Shown here piece after piece: positions 1-10,536 of a stretch of DNA of 64,000 bases. The DNA is taken from positions 2,792 through 66,791 of the forward strand of contig CAWHNV010000045.1 in assembly GCA_963830785.1 (NCBI GenBank), written 5' to 3'. The position numbers and the translations under genes are program-made. The DNA comes from an uncultured Acidobacteriota bacterium. Its GTDB lineage: Bacteria > Acidobacteriota > Terriglobia > Terriglobales > Acidobacteriaceae. The first letter of the stretch is position 1; the number at the start of each line of letters is the position of its first letter. A model generated the notes under the pieces. That model was not told the DNA's origin and ran no database searches. It was given only the letters and a program-made list of their open reading frames with translations.

Positions 1-719
1 CAGCTGGTCGTTGGAACTTGAAGGCCGTGGTTTTAACCTAATCGGAGCGGAATACCTCGATGACGCAGGTCTCGGGAAGTGCAGGGGCCTGTACAGGCCA
101 CGCGGTTTATTGATCGACACTATTGTCAGATTCTTTTGCAAAATCCCTGGCGTTCTCCATGAACGGTGATTCTGTTGATCTAGTAGGATTCGCTACGGAA
201 CAGCGAATGATTGTGCGGCCCAATCAAGACCGGAGCGATTGATCTATTCGTTCCGTCTTGAACAGAAGGATCCTGCCCATCACCAAGCTGCGTGACATTG
301 CTGCCGCGGGGAAGCACGGTCTAAACCGGAAATAGTCCCGAACTGCCTGAAAAGTTCGGGATATCGGCAAGTTCAATTGGTGAACAGGGCAATGCTCTCA
401 TTCACCCGTCGGATCGGTTATGCCTCTGCCAAGTTACCGTATAACCGCCAGCCTGCATTGGAAACGTCTCGCGCACGACAGCTTCGGAGAGGCTGCGATG
501 TGGTTGCGAGACGTTTTCGATGTAGGTTGGCGGTAACTCGCCCGGAACCGCAGACTGCCCGCGGTGCGGATCAAGTTTGCGCATAGTAGCAAATTAAGGA
601 CACATGACGGCACTTTCCAGCCGCGACTCCCGACAGCGTATTCTTGTGGGTACAAGCCCATAGTGAGAGCTTGGCATCGATCAATCGATCTCCCGTGTTC
701 GGGGGAATGTGAGGTAACC

Positions 720-3221
720 ATGTCTGACGGTTTTGGCGTAGCGCCGCAGTTGGGTCCGCAAAAGGGCCAGAGGATATCGCTCAGTGCAGATGCACTTGCT
801 CAGTCGTTTCTGGATAACCTGTTTTTCGTGCAGGGTAGATCGATCGAGCGCGCGACGGTGAACGACCTCTATATGGCGCTCGCACACACGGTGCGCGACC
901 GAATCGTCGAGCGGTGGATGTCGACGCTCAAGAATTACCAGGCGCAGGATGTGCGCGTCGTCTGTTATTTCTCGGCAGAATTTCTGACCGGCCCTCACCT
1001 CGCCAACAATCTCATTAACCTGGGAATCTACGACCAAACCGAACAGGCGATGCGCCAGCTCGGTATTGACCTGAACGTCCTGATCGAACAGGAAGAAGAG
1101 CCGGGGCTGGGAAATGGAGGGCTGGGCCGCCTCGCCGCCTGCTTCATGGATTCTCTGGCCACGCTCGATATTCCCGCCATCGGCTACGGAATTCGCTACG
1201 AATACGGAATCTTCGACCAGCAGATTCGCGATGGATGGCAGGTCGAATCTACCGACCATTGGTTGCGGCTCGGCAATCCCTGGGCATTGGAGCGGCCCGA
1301 AGATGGATTTGAGGTCAAGCTCGGCGGACGCACCGAGACCCACACCAACCCAAACGGGCGGCTGCAGGTGAAGTGGATTCCGAGGAAAGTTGTGCGCGGA
1401 GTTCCACACGATACGCCGGTTCTCGGTTACCGGACAAACACCGTGAACACCATGCGCCTTTGGGCTGCGCAGGCCGTCGAGAGCTTCGACTTCGGGACTT
1501 TCAATCAGGGCGATTTCGTCGGAGCAGTCGCGGAAAAGGTTTCATCCGAGAACATCTCAAAGATCCTCTATCCAAATGATGAAGACGTGCAGGGCAAAGA
1601 ACTGCGCCTCGCACAGCAGTTTTTCTTCGTTTCGTGCAGCCTTCAGCACATACTCCGCATTCAGACTTCCCAGAACCGGCCATTGGCCGAGTTGCATCGT
1701 AACTTTGCTATTCAAATGAACGACACTCACCCGGCCATCTCCGTTGCAGAATTGATGCGCCTGCTGGTGGATGAGCACGCGATGGAATGGGAACAGGCGT
1801 GGCATGTTACGCAACACACGTTGTCGTATACCAACCATACCCTTCTGCCCGAAGCCCTGGAGCAGTGGTCGCGCAGCTTGTTTGGCTCGCTGCTTCCACG
1901 CCATCTCGAGATTATTGAGGAGATCAATCGCCGGCATTTGATCGATGTGCGGCAAAAATTTCCCAATGACGAGAGGCGGGCGCAACGGCTGTCCCTCATC
2001 AACGAGAACGGCGCCCTCGGCGAAAAATATGTGCGCATGGCACATTTAGCTGCTCTCGGCAGTCACGCCATCAATGGCGTGGCAGCGCTGCACACAGAGC
2101 TGCTGAAGACCAACGTGCTCAACGATTTTTATGTGCTCACTCCCGAGAAATTCTCGAACAAGACCAATGGCGTAACGCCGCGTCGCTGGATGGTGTTGAG
2201 CAATCCTCAGCTCGCTGAATTGCTCACAGCTCGAGTGGGAGCGGCGTGGATTCGCGACATTGAGAAACTGCGCCGGCTGGAGCCCATGATTGCCGATGCG
2301 GAGTTCTGCCACGAATGGAAAGAGATCAAGCGTCACAACAAGGTGCAACTTTCCGCGTACATCCAGGACAAACTGGGAATCGTCGTTGACCCAGACTCGA
2401 TCTTCGATGTGCTCGTGAAGCGGCTACACGAATACAAGCGGCAGCATTTGCAGGTTCTGCACATTCTCACGTTGATGAAGCGCATCCAGCGCGACCCGAA
2501 TGCGGAGTTGGTGCCCCGCACCTTTATCTTTGGCGGCAAGGCGGCGCCTGGCTATCGCATGGCCAAGTTGATCATCAAGCTGATTCACTCGGTTGGAGAG
2601 GCGATCAACTCAGACCCCATCGTCAAGGGAAGGCTCAAGGTTGTCTTTCTGCCCGACTACAGCGTGAAGCTTGGGCAACGAGTCTATCCCGCAGCCGATC
2701 TGTCGGAACAGATTTCTTTAGCAGGCAAGGAAGCTTCTGGAACCGGGAACATGAAGTTCGCCATGAACGGCGCCATCACGATAGGAACGCTGGACGGAGC
2801 GAACATCGAGATCCGGGAAGAAGTTGGCGCGGAGAACTTCTTCCTCTTCGGGCTCACCGCATCACAGGTCGAGCAGCAAAAACGGGAGGGTTACAATCCG
2901 CGCGCTCTCTACGAGTCGAATGAGCATTTGCGCGAAGTGTTGGATTCACTCACAAGTGGCGAGTTTTCTCACGGCGACCAAGGTCTCTTCCAGCCCCTCG
3001 TCAACTCACTGCTCACGAACGACGACTACATGCTGCTCGCCGATTACCAGTCGTACGTCGATTGCCAGGACACTGTGAGCCAAGCCTATACCAACCAGGA
3101 CGCGTGGACTCGCATGTCCATCCTGAACGTGGCTCGCATTGGCAAGTTCTCGTCCGACCGCTCGATTCGCGATTATTGTTCCGATATCTGGAAGACTTGG
3201 CCGGTTACGATCGAGATATAG
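720..3221 (+). CDS. glgP: glycogen/starch phosphorylase
   Basis: GLGNGGLGRLAACF, YTNHT and EASGTGNMKFAMNG (PLP-lysine) motifs; GAGGT RBS before ATG at 720. Confidence 0.97.
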   Translation: MSDGFGVAPQLGPQKGQRISLSADALAQSFLDNLFFVQGRSIERATVNDLYMALAHTVRDRIVERWMSTLKNYQAQDVRVVCYFSAEFLTGPHLANNLINLGIYDQTEQAMRQLGIDLNVLIEQEEEPGLGNGGLGRLAACFMDSLATLDIPAIGYGIRYEYGIFDQQIRDGWQVESTDHWLRLGNPWALERPEDGFEVKLGGRTETHTNPNGRLQVKWIPRKVVRGVPHDTPVLGYRTNTVNTMRLWAAQAVESFDFGTFNQGDFVGAVAEKVSSENISKILYPNDEDVQGKELRLAQQFFFVSCSLQHILRIQTSQNRPLAELHRNFAIQMNDTHPAISVAELMRLLVDEHAMEWEQAWHVTQHTLSYTNHTLLPEALEQWSRSLFGSLLPRHLEIIEEINRRHLIDVRQKFPNDERRAQRLSLINENGALGEKYVRMAHLAALGSHAINGVAALHTELLKTNVLNDFYVLTPEKFSNKTNGVTPRRWMVLSNPQLAELLTARVGAAWIRDIEKLRRLEPMIADAEFCHEWKEIKRHNKVQLSAYIQDKLGIVVDPDSIFDVLVKRLHEYKRQHLQVLHILTLMKRIQRDPNAELVPRTFIFGGKAAPGYRMAKLIIKLIHSVGEAINSDPIVKGRLKVVFLPDYSVKLGQRVYPAADLSEQISLAGKEASGTGNMKFAMNGAITIGTLDGANIEIREEVGAENFFLFGLTASQVEQQKREGYNPRALYESNEHLREVLDSLTSGEFSHGDQGLFQPLVNSLLTNDDYMLLADYQSYVDCQDTVSQAYTNQDAWTRMSILNVARIGKFSSDRSIRDYCSDIWKTWPVTIEI

Positions 3222-3268
3222 CCGGCCCGGTTCACAAAGGAACGCCATCGAGCGATCGGCAAGTAGAC

Positions 3269-4567
3269 TCAGGCGCCTGAATGCAACACCGCTTCAGTCC
3301 ACGCCACGGCTTCCAAATAGATCTTTGCCAGTTCGTGCTGGTTCAAGCCGTCGGTCTCCGCGGCTGCATCGCACCCGGCCCAGTCACCGCGCTCGGCCTT
3401 TTCAAGCCATCCCAGCAGTACGCGCTCCGGGTTCTTTGTGCCCAGCAGCGCCTCGCGAATCTCATCGCCGAGCGGCAACGCCGGTGCGATATTCTTCATC
3501 GGCTGGCCCTGCATGGCCGGCAGCAGGCTTAGCAATCCCAGAAGATATTGAATGAATGGATCGAGATTCCGCTTGGCGCCTGCCACCTCGCAGAAACGGC
3601 CCCGCACCATCGCCATGCACAACAGCTCGGGTGACTGATTGCCATTGAATTCGCTTGCGATTGCCGTCGTGGCAATGCGGCGAAAGGCGTCGTCGCCAAC
3701 GATCATCAGCGCCTGCTCGATGGAGTCAATGTCCTTGTGCACCGCCCAAATCGGGGAGTTAGCCAGGCGCAGCAACTGATATGCAAGCGGGCCATCCCTC
3801 TTCACTAATGGACCGACCTTGTGCACTTCCAAAGGAGTCTGCTGCAGTGCTCTCAGAATATCGATCCGCAAAATCTGACTCACAGGCGGCCTGCGATTCC
3901 TCACCGGCACCGGCTCGCAGAAATAGTAGCCCTCAAACAGCGCAAATCCCTCTTCGCAAGCGCGAACGTAGCCTGCTTGTGTGTCAATGTTCTTGGCCAG
4001 CATCCCAATCGGCTTGCCGCGCACCCGCTCGAACAGTTCTCGCCGCTCGTCTTTTGAAGTCAGATCGATATCCACTTTGACGAATTCAGCTAGTTCTAAC
4101 AACGGCTCGAACTGGGCCTGACTCTTGAAATCGTCTAACGCGAATCGGAAACCCGCCGCCTTAAGTTCCTGGCACACGGCAATCAGCTCAGGCGGCATCT
4201 CCAGGCTTCCTGGAATCTCCAGAACCGTAAGCGTCGCGGGCAACGTCTGCGCCAGGTCATTCTTCAACGCCTCGGTGGGACAGCACACAAAGGCCGGCAT
4301 TTTGCCCGTCAGCTTCTTCAACTCGCTCGGCTTATGCAGACCAAAGTGCGCTGCGGTCTCCATCATGGAATGGCACGTTTGCGGGGCGATCTCCGCCTGT
4401 TCCATTGCACCGCGAAAACGCAGTTTATAGGCATGGACGCGGCCACGTTGATCCAGAATCGGTTGCCGCGCAACCATAAACAGGCCGCCGAGAACTCTGG
4501 GCTGGGTGTCTTCACTATTTGACTCTGATCGAATCGGAGTGGCCATAGATTTCGCTTGAGTAATCAT
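3269..4567 (-). CDS. EAL-HDOD domain protein (degenerate EAL)
   Basis: VARQPILD, FALDDF, LLRLANS and LLGLLSLL HDOD pattern; catalytic Glu positions replaced (YKLRFR, LAKNID). Confidence 0.88.
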   Translation of the reverse strand: MITQAKSMATPIRSESNSEDTQPRVLGGLFMVARQPILDQRGRVHAYKLRFRGAMEQAEIAPQTCHSMMETAAHFGLHKPSELKKLTGKMPAFVCCPTEALKNDLAQTLPATLTVLEIPGSLEMPPELIAVCQELKAAGFRFALDDFKSQAQFEPLLELAEFVKVDIDLTSKDERRELFERVRGKPIGMLAKNIDTQAGYVRACEEGFALFEGYYFCEPVPVRNRRPPVSQILRIDILRALQQTPLEVHKVGPLVKRDGPLAYQLLRLANSPIWAVHKDIDSIEQALMIVGDDAFRRIATTAIASEFNGNQSPELLCMAMVRGRFCEVAGAKRNLDPFIQYLLGLLSLLPAMQGQPMKNIAPALPLGDEIREALLGTKNPERVLLGWLEKAERGDWAGCDAAAETDGLNQHELAKIYLEAVAWTEAVLHSGA

Positions 4568-4892
4568 AGGCTAACGAACTTGCACCTGGAAATATTCGCG
4601 CAAAAAGCTCGGGTCATTCGTTGCACGCATTGAGTTTCGAATCCCGGTTGCAGGCCTACGCACCTTTCCGGTCCTGACTCAGCTAGTCTCGCGGGTTCCG
4701 GCCGTCTTGTCGCCGATACTTCCGTGACGTGATCCGACTCATGTTACGTCCGGTTGGATGGAGCTTCGCTTCTTTTGTTTTTGGGAGCTTGGATCGGTTC
4801 TTGGAGGTTCTGGCGAGGCGAGTCTGCTGTTACGCTGAGGCGGTTGCTTGCGTCAGGCGGCTGCCGCCCAGCACCTTCATCATCCGTTTTAG

Positions 4893-5057
4893 TTATAAGC
4901 CATGGTTCCCAGGCTGATCTCGGTCTGCGCGGGCATGGATCAGGCAGGCACAGCGTTTCCAGCCTCTGCGGCCTTCCTCGAATTGCCCGCTTTTGGAGTC
5001 TTCTGGGCGACCGGCTTTGCACTCCTTGCGGTGGCGGCGGTAGAGCTGCAGCGCCAT
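4893..5057 (-). pseudogene. N-terminal remnant of a phage-type tyrosine integrase
   Basis: MALQLYRRHRKEC...WKRCACLIHA resembles acidobacterial integrase N-termini; starts 85 bp past the tRNA-His 3' end, then stops early. Confidence 0.6.
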
Positions 5058-5122
5058 GATTTTGCCCTCAAAACTGGGCCCGGTCATAACACTGATTGCA
5101 CGCTGGAAGGGGGTAAATCCCG

Positions 5123-5135
5123 TAAATTATTGATT
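5123..5135. promoter_or_regulatory. IHF-like binding site next to tRNA-His 3' end
   Basis: TAAATTATTGATT matches the reverse of the IHF consensus WATCAANNNNTTR. Confidence 0.5.
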
Positions 5136-5141
5136 TTATGT

Positions 5142-5217
5142 TGGGGCGGCTAGTGGGGATCGAACCCACGACATCCTGAGCCACAGTCAGGCGTTCTGCC
5201 GCTGAACTATAGCCGCC
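5142..5217 (-). tRNA. tRNA-His(GTG)
   Basis: Minus strand GGCGGCTATAGTTCAGCGGCAGAAC...CTGTGGC...GGTTCGATCCC...TAGCCGCCCCA; G-1/C73 His identity; encoded CCA. Confidence 0.97.
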
Positions 5218-5381
5218 GTCTACCCTATCGATTGTAGCATCGATGCGGATGGGCGCAGAGCTGACTAATCTGCCGCGGAACGATCCAGATGCGGCGGCTA
5301 AGCGACGCATCGGCACGCTGCGCAGAGCGCATCGCACGAAATCGAGCGAGATCGAACCGGGTTACAATCGAAAGAGGAAAT

Positions 5382-5458
5382 CGGGGCGTAGCGCAGTCTG
5401 GTAGCGCATCTGCTTTGGGAGCAGAGGGTCGGGGGTTCGAATCCCTCCGCCCCGACCA
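5382..5458 (+). tRNA. tRNA-Pro(TGG)
   Basis: CGGGGCGTAGCGCAG...TTTGGGA...GGTTCGAATCCC...CGCCCCGACCA cloverleaf; TACAAT -10 box upstream. Confidence 0.97.
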
Positions 5459-5463
5459 TTACA
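5414..5463 (+). repeat. attL (50-bp direct repeat, 3' half of tRNA-Pro)
   Basis: Identical to 33183-33232. Confidence 0.95.
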
Positions 5464-5693
5464 AGCCATAGATAATTCAAGCGATATGAGCCGATTTCGG
5501 TCACGCATCTGCTTTTTGCCGCTACAGTACTGTAGTCGATTTTGTAGCCGTGCGCGCCTCGCTGTTTTTCCATCGGAAATTTGCCGGGAAATATCCCTGG
5601 ACTTGCGAATTATCTTTTCGGGGGTATGCTTTAGGAAATCCTCCGCGAAGGCCCAGGCAGCGAACGCCGTAGCTACGAAGGCAGGACTTTTAT

Positions 5694-8600
5694 ATGAACG
5701 ACTCGCGTGGCTCGTTGTGGCGCAAATGGGACCTGCATGTCCATGCGCCTGGCACCAAGAAAAATGATCAGTATCAGGCCCAGAAGTCTACAGAGGACGC
5801 CCTGGATCTTTATTGCGACAAGATCGAGCAGTCAGACGTGGCGGTATTCGGAATCACGGACTACTTCTCGGCGGACTCGTATTTCGCCTTCCTCAAGAAG
5901 TTCAAGGAAAAGTATCCGGATTCGAAGAAGGTCTTTTTCCCAAACATCGAGCTTTGCACGAATGATGTGGTGAACTCCGCGAGTGAAGAAGTCAATCTCC
6001 ATGTAGTCTTCAATCCGTTCGTTCCTACCTACGAGACGGATATCAAGAACTTCCTTCAGCACCTTGACACGAATAAAACCGGCACCGGCAATAAAAGAGT
6101 TAAGGCGTGCGCACTGACCGCGCTAAAGGACTTCGAGGAAGCGACCACGAGTCGGCAATATATAGAAGAGGCTTTCAAAGAAGTCTTCGGTTCCGCCGCT
6201 GAACTGACCGACCACCTCCTCGTCATCACTGCCGCGAACAATGACGGGATACGGGCGCAGCGTGGGCGGAAGAGAAAGATGCTCATCAGCGACGAGCTTG
6301 ATAAATTCAGCCACGCTTTTTTTGGCAACTCGACAAACACCCCGTATTTCTTGAAGCGCGATCGATTGGAGGACGGGAGCCTGATCGATCCGAAACCAGT
6401 GGTCACAGGGTCCGACGCCCATTCGTTCGACGATCTCGACAATCTCCTCGGGAGAGTCGTGATCAAGGAGGGGAATATCGTCAAGGAGCCCACGTGGATC
6501 AAAGCCGACCCAACTTTCGAAGGCCTCAGGCAGATCATTTTCGAACCGGAAGGTCGTGTGTTTATTGGAGAAGAACCCGCGATTGAATCTCGGGTTCGGA
6601 ACAACAAGCGTCGATACATTTCCTCGATTCGGATCGACCACGTCGGAGGATATGATGGCAGACACGGTACGTGGTTCGACGGTGAGCGGATTGACCTCGG
6701 GAAAGAGCTTGTCGCGATCATCGGGAATAAAGGGAACGGGAAGAGCGCGCTGACTGACATCATCGGATTGCTTGGAAACAGTCACAATCAGACGTTTGAA
6801 TTGGACTCCAAGAAGGAAGAAGAACTCTTCTCGTTTCTCAATAGGGATAAATTTCTAAAGGCCAACTGTGCGTCATGCTTTTCCGGCGAACTGCACTGGT
6901 ACGCTGGGCCGCCCGACAAGCGCCAATTGGACGGCCGGGTGGATCGAAACACCCTTGAGCGTGTTGAGTATTTGCCGCAGAAATATCTTGAAAAAATCTG
7001 CGCAAACATCGAAGACGATGAGTTCAGACACAAGCTCAATGAAGTCATATTTGAATACGTTAAAGAGTCCGAACGGTACGGCCAGAGTTCTCTTGACGAA
7101 CTTATCGCATATCTCGCGACCCAGGCTGAAGCCGAAATCGCTCTAGCGAAGGAAGGCTTGCGCGCGGCAAACGCACAAGTCCTCGCGTTCGAAAAGCGTT
7201 TGGTTCCTGACTACAAGAAGGATATCGAAGATAAACTTCGCTCGAAGAAGGCTGACCTGAGCGCGCACAAGGAGACATATCCCGCCGTAGTCCCGCCGCC
7301 GCAGCAAGGGGGAGAAGAGGCCACTAAGACCGCTGCTCTGATCACGGCTATCGATGAAAAGACCAAGAATGTGCAGCAGCACATCAAGGATTCACAAACT
7401 GAACAGACGAATCTCTCACGGACGACCGAGGATTTGCGACAGGCTCGACAGACAATAGAGCGCCAAGTCAACGCGGTCAAAACCCTCAAAGCACGATACG
7501 ATCCGTTGCTTACTAAGGAAGGCATCAAGTTCGAGGATGTGGTCACTATTACGACATCCTTTGGCACACTGGATTCCGTGATCACACAGAAGCAAACCCG
7601 GCTGGGCGAGCTTGCAGACTACCTGAGAAGCGAAACAGAAATCGAATCTCTTGGGCTCTCAGAAAAAGACGAGGAGGCAGCACGAGGGCGAAGCCTTTTC
7701 TGCCAGGAGGCTGCGCTCAGTCGCGAACGTAAAGAATTGACGGCAAATCTCGACAAGCCTAATCGCGAGTATCAGCTCTATCTTTCGGCGCTTGCGCAAT
7801 GGCAGACGCGCCAAACGACGCTGGAGGGCGATCCTCAGAAACCCGCCGTGGATAGCCTACATTGGCTGGAGCAGGAGCTGAATGCAATTCAGCATTCTCT
7901 TCCGAAGGAAATTGAAACCGCGAGAGCGGCCCGCTTGGCCGCGAGCAAGGCGGTATTTGTCAAAAAGAAGAGCTTGGTAAAGTTTTATGAAACAGTCAAG
8001 GAATCCATCGACAGGGAGATAGGAAAATACGGCACTGATCTTCGGTCCTACAACATCTCGATAGAAGCACACCTTCGGTTCAGTCCGCAGTTCCAGGAGG
8101 ACTTCTTTCGTTTTGTCAGTCAATCGGTCAAGGGAAGTTTTTATGGTTCCGACGAAGGAAAAGCCGTTCTGAAGGATATAACTCGTTCCATCGCAGACTG
8201 GGAGGACGAGGCCGCTGTATTCGGAATGTTGGAAACAGTCGACCGCTATTTGCACTCAGACCGGCGCGCAGGACAAGGCGACGACACTGAACGGGATATT
8301 TTCAAACAAATGCGCTTAAATAAAGAGCCCGTCGATTTCTACGACTATCTCTTTGGCTTCGACTACTTGGAGACCAAATACGACCTCAAGATCGACGGGA
8401 AGGACTTGAAGGAACTGTCGTCGGGTGAACGGGGCGGACTTCTATTGATCTTTTATCTGATGCTTGACCAACGGGATATTCCGCTGGTAATCGATCAGCC
8501 GGAAGACAATCTCGACAATAAGAGCGTCTATGAAATACTCGTCACTTTTCTCAAAGAGGCGAAGCAGCGGCGTCAAATCATCATTGTCACACACAATCCC

Positions 8601-8789
8601 AACTTGGCGGTGGTCGCCGACGCCGAGCAAATCATTCACGTTTCCATCGACAAGAAGAACAATAGAAACGATTTCAGCTTTCGCTCCGGGGCAATTGAGA
8701 ATCCTGAGATTAATAAGGCAGTGGTCGATATCCTTGAGGGTACGCTCCCCGCTTTCGACAATCGCCGCCTTAAATATAGGAAGCAGTGA
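5694..8789 (+). CDS. PHP domain fused to ABC/SMC-type ATPase (Ppl/TrlF-like anti-phage protein)
   Basis: WRKWDLHVH, ITDY and GSDAH PHP motifs; Walker A GNKGNGKS; long coiled coil; LSSGE signature, IDQPEDNLD, VTHN. Confidence 0.88.
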   Translation: MNDSRGSLWRKWDLHVHAPGTKKNDQYQAQKSTEDALDLYCDKIEQSDVAVFGITDYFSADSYFAFLKKFKEKYPDSKKVFFPNIELCTNDVVNSASEEVNLHVVFNPFVPTYETDIKNFLQHLDTNKTGTGNKRVKACALTALKDFEEATTSRQYIEEAFKEVFGSAAELTDHLLVITAANNDGIRAQRGRKRKMLISDELDKFSHAFFGNSTNTPYFLKRDRLEDGSLIDPKPVVTGSDAHSFDDLDNLLGRVVIKEGNIVKEPTWIKADPTFEGLRQIIFEPEGRVFIGEEPAIESRVRNNKRRYISSIRIDHVGGYDGRHGTWFDGERIDLGKELVAIIGNKGNGKSALTDIIGLLGNSHNQTFELDSKKEEELFSFLNRDKFLKANCASCFSGELHWYAGPPDKRQLDGRVDRNTLERVEYLPQKYLEKICANIEDDEFRHKLNEVIFEYVKESERYGQSSLDELIAYLATQAEAEIALAKEGLRAANAQVLAFEKRLVPDYKKDIEDKLRSKKADLSAHKETYPAVVPPPQQGGEEATKTAALITAIDEKTKNVQQHIKDSQTEQTNLSRTTEDLRQARQTIERQVNAVKTLKARYDPLLTKEGIKFEDVVTITTSFGTLDSVITQKQTRLGELADYLRSETEIESLGLSEKDEEAARGRSLFCQEAALSRERKELTANLDKPNREYQLYLSALAQWQTRQTTLEGDPQKPAVDSLHWLEQELNAIQHSLPKEIETARAARLAASKAVFVKKKSLVKFYETVKESIDREIGKYGTDLRSYNISIEAHLRFSPQFQEDFFRFVSQSVKGSFYGSDEGKAVLKDITRSIADWEDEAAVFGMLETVDRYLHSDRRAGQGDDTERDIFKQMRLNKEPVDFYDYLFGFDYLETKYDLKIDGKDLKELSSGERGGLLLIFYLMLDQRDIPLVIDQPEDNLDNKSVYEILVTFLKEAKQRRQIIIVTHNPNLAVVADAEQIIHVSIDKKNNRNDFSFRSGAIENPEINKAVVDILEGTLPAFDNRRLKYRKQ

Positions 8790-8793
8790 CTTT

Positions 8794-9267
8794 TCACACG
8801 GAAGTTCCCGAAGACGCAAGCCGCATATAGATATATCGCTGGCGAAACCTCCGGCAGAGCTTCTTCTTCCATTCATGGAGCAACCGCAGGTCGCCACCCG
8901 TAAAAACTCCGTCTACCTCAAATCGCACAAGATCGTCTGATACCCCTTCTGTCCCGTCGAGATACCAACCGCCCGACCGGTTAAACGTGTATCCACTGAA
9001 CATCACCTGCATTTCTTGGAGTGTTCTTCTTATCAGAAAGGCGGGAATCGGCTTCCGGTATCCGTTAGGCAGGGGATTGTACAGCCGAGGCAGTAGAAAA
9101 ATTAGGGTTTGCCAGTGGTGCGGATTGTCTTTCCATCGATCAGGTCCTCCGATTGTTGCAAGCGCAACTCCGCTGCCGATGCGCGCACGCCGACGTGGGT
9201 GAACATTCGGCAAGCGACGTAACGGGCTTATCGGCAATCCTTCGATCTCGAGCGCGACCGTCGGCAT
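8794..9267 (-). CDS. hypothetical protein
   Basis: Last gene of a 3-gene minus-strand run; LLP.LYN...G.W...D.LVRFEVD...K..L..RF.Q pattern. Confidence 0.55.
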   Translation of the reverse strand: MPTVALEIEGLPISPLRRLPNVHPRRRARIGSGVALATIGGPDRWKDNPHHWQTLIFLLPRLYNPLPNGYRKPIPAFLIRRTLQEMQVMFSGYTFNRSGGWYLDGTEGVSDDLVRFEVDGVFTGGDLRLLHEWKKKLCRRFRQRYIYMRLASSGTSV

Positions 9268-9294
9268 AGAAAGAATCTCTCCGTCGGAGTACAG

Positions 9295-9831
9295 CTACAT
9301 CAGGCGAATCGGCCGGTGAGCAACTTCAACCGGCAGATTGATGCGATGCACCACCACGTTCGAGTCCGTCGCTTCCGATATGAGTGCATCTTCGGGTGAA
9401 ATCATCGACCCGCCCTTCTTCAATGCTTTGGCAATTTGTGCGCGCAATCTCGCGACATACACTCTGAGCGCCATTCGCGTGAACCTCGGTGTTTCCTCCG
9501 CGCGATCGAAGCCGTTCGCACCGAGACGCCGGTAAAAGGGATCACTCGCGAGAATACGCTCCATGCGCGCGACGCTGAGCGGCATGTGACGATGCCGCAC
9601 CATGCAATCGCAGACTATGAGGCCCGGCACGGAAAGATGAAGCGGGATCTCTCTTTCGGGATATGAGAGATGCGCACCTTCGATGCTCTCGCCAGGAAGA
9701 CAGATCGTGCCCATTTGGTGCTGACCATGCACGACTGTCAGGCGCGGGCGCTCTTGCGCTCTGCGCCTCCGCCGTGCGAGCAGGTATTCAACTTCCTCGA
9801 TGACCCGGACGAGTGGCTCGTTACCGTTCAT
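9295..9831 (-). CDS. hypothetical protein, possible OmpR-like winged-helix output domain
   Basis: Start overlaps the upstream stop; ALRVYVARLRAQI resembles an OmpR recognition helix. Confidence 0.55.
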   Translation of the reverse strand: MNGNEPLVRVIEEVEYLLARRRRRAQERPRLTVVHGQHQMGTICLPGESIEGAHLSYPEREIPLHLSVPGLIVCDCMVRHRHMPLSVARMERILASDPFYRRLGANGFDRAEETPRFTRMALRVYVARLRAQIAKALKKGGSMISPEDALISEATDSNVVVHRINLPVEVAHRPIRLM

Positions 9832-10144
9832 AAAGCACCTGCACATTCCATCGATCACCCAAGAGGCGCTCGACAATGCCTCGCGGCGTCCACCTGAGCA
9901 CGAAGAGGAGTTCCGGTTGGCGCTCCAGGTGTCTCACCGCCGAATGCACGGAGGCAAGCGCATCTTCCAATGTCATCGGGGTGCGGGGGACCACAAGCAC
10001 GAGCTCAGGGCAAACACTCCTGATCAATTCAAGGTCGTCCTTCGCGTCTCCGTATACGCCTACTTCGCAGCCCACGGACTCCAGGCCGCGCCGTAGTTCG
10101 GCGGCGTGCTTCGAATCGGAGTCGAAGATGAGGACGTGGTCCAT
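9821..10144 (-). CDS. stand-alone pseudo-receiver domain protein
   Basis: HVLIFDSD...LRRGLESVGCEV...PELVLV receiver pattern lacking the phospho-Asp. Confidence 0.55.
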   Translation of the reverse strand: MDHVLIFDSDSKHAAELRRGLESVGCEVGVYGDAKDDLELIRSVCPELVLVVPRTPMTLEDALASVHSAVRHLERQPELLFVLRWTPRGIVERLLGDRWNVQVLYER

Positions 10145-10536
10145 GAAATTCATTCCCACAACAAGACCAGTTAGGTCGCGTGCGCAGGCCAGTGCGCCTG
10201 ACGAGAATTTTCCTGGACTCAATCAGAATGGATGCCCATTCGCGTCGGTAAATTCCCCGCCCGGAGAAGGACGGTCCCGTCTTGACACTGCGTCTATCTC
10301 GTGCAGAATAAGAGAGATTCCGCACGGCAGCACTCTGCGGTGGCAGCGGTGGTGACGCGTTTGGCGCCCGTCTGGATGGTCCAGATTGGTGCCTACCGCG
10401 GTTGATTGCGGTACCCGGGGCGGTGTCTCACCACCGCCTCGGGGTTTCCTCTCTTATTGTCAGATCAATTCGCAGTATCCTAAATGGGACAAATATAGAC
10501 AGGAACTTCGAGTAGGAGTCGCTGGGACGAAAGCGG

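Noticed and set aside
1-560. Coding sequence at the window start
   Set aside because: No frame gives a recognisable protein.
564-719. N-terminal extension of GlgP
   Set aside because: The RBS and plausible protein sequence begin at ATG 720.
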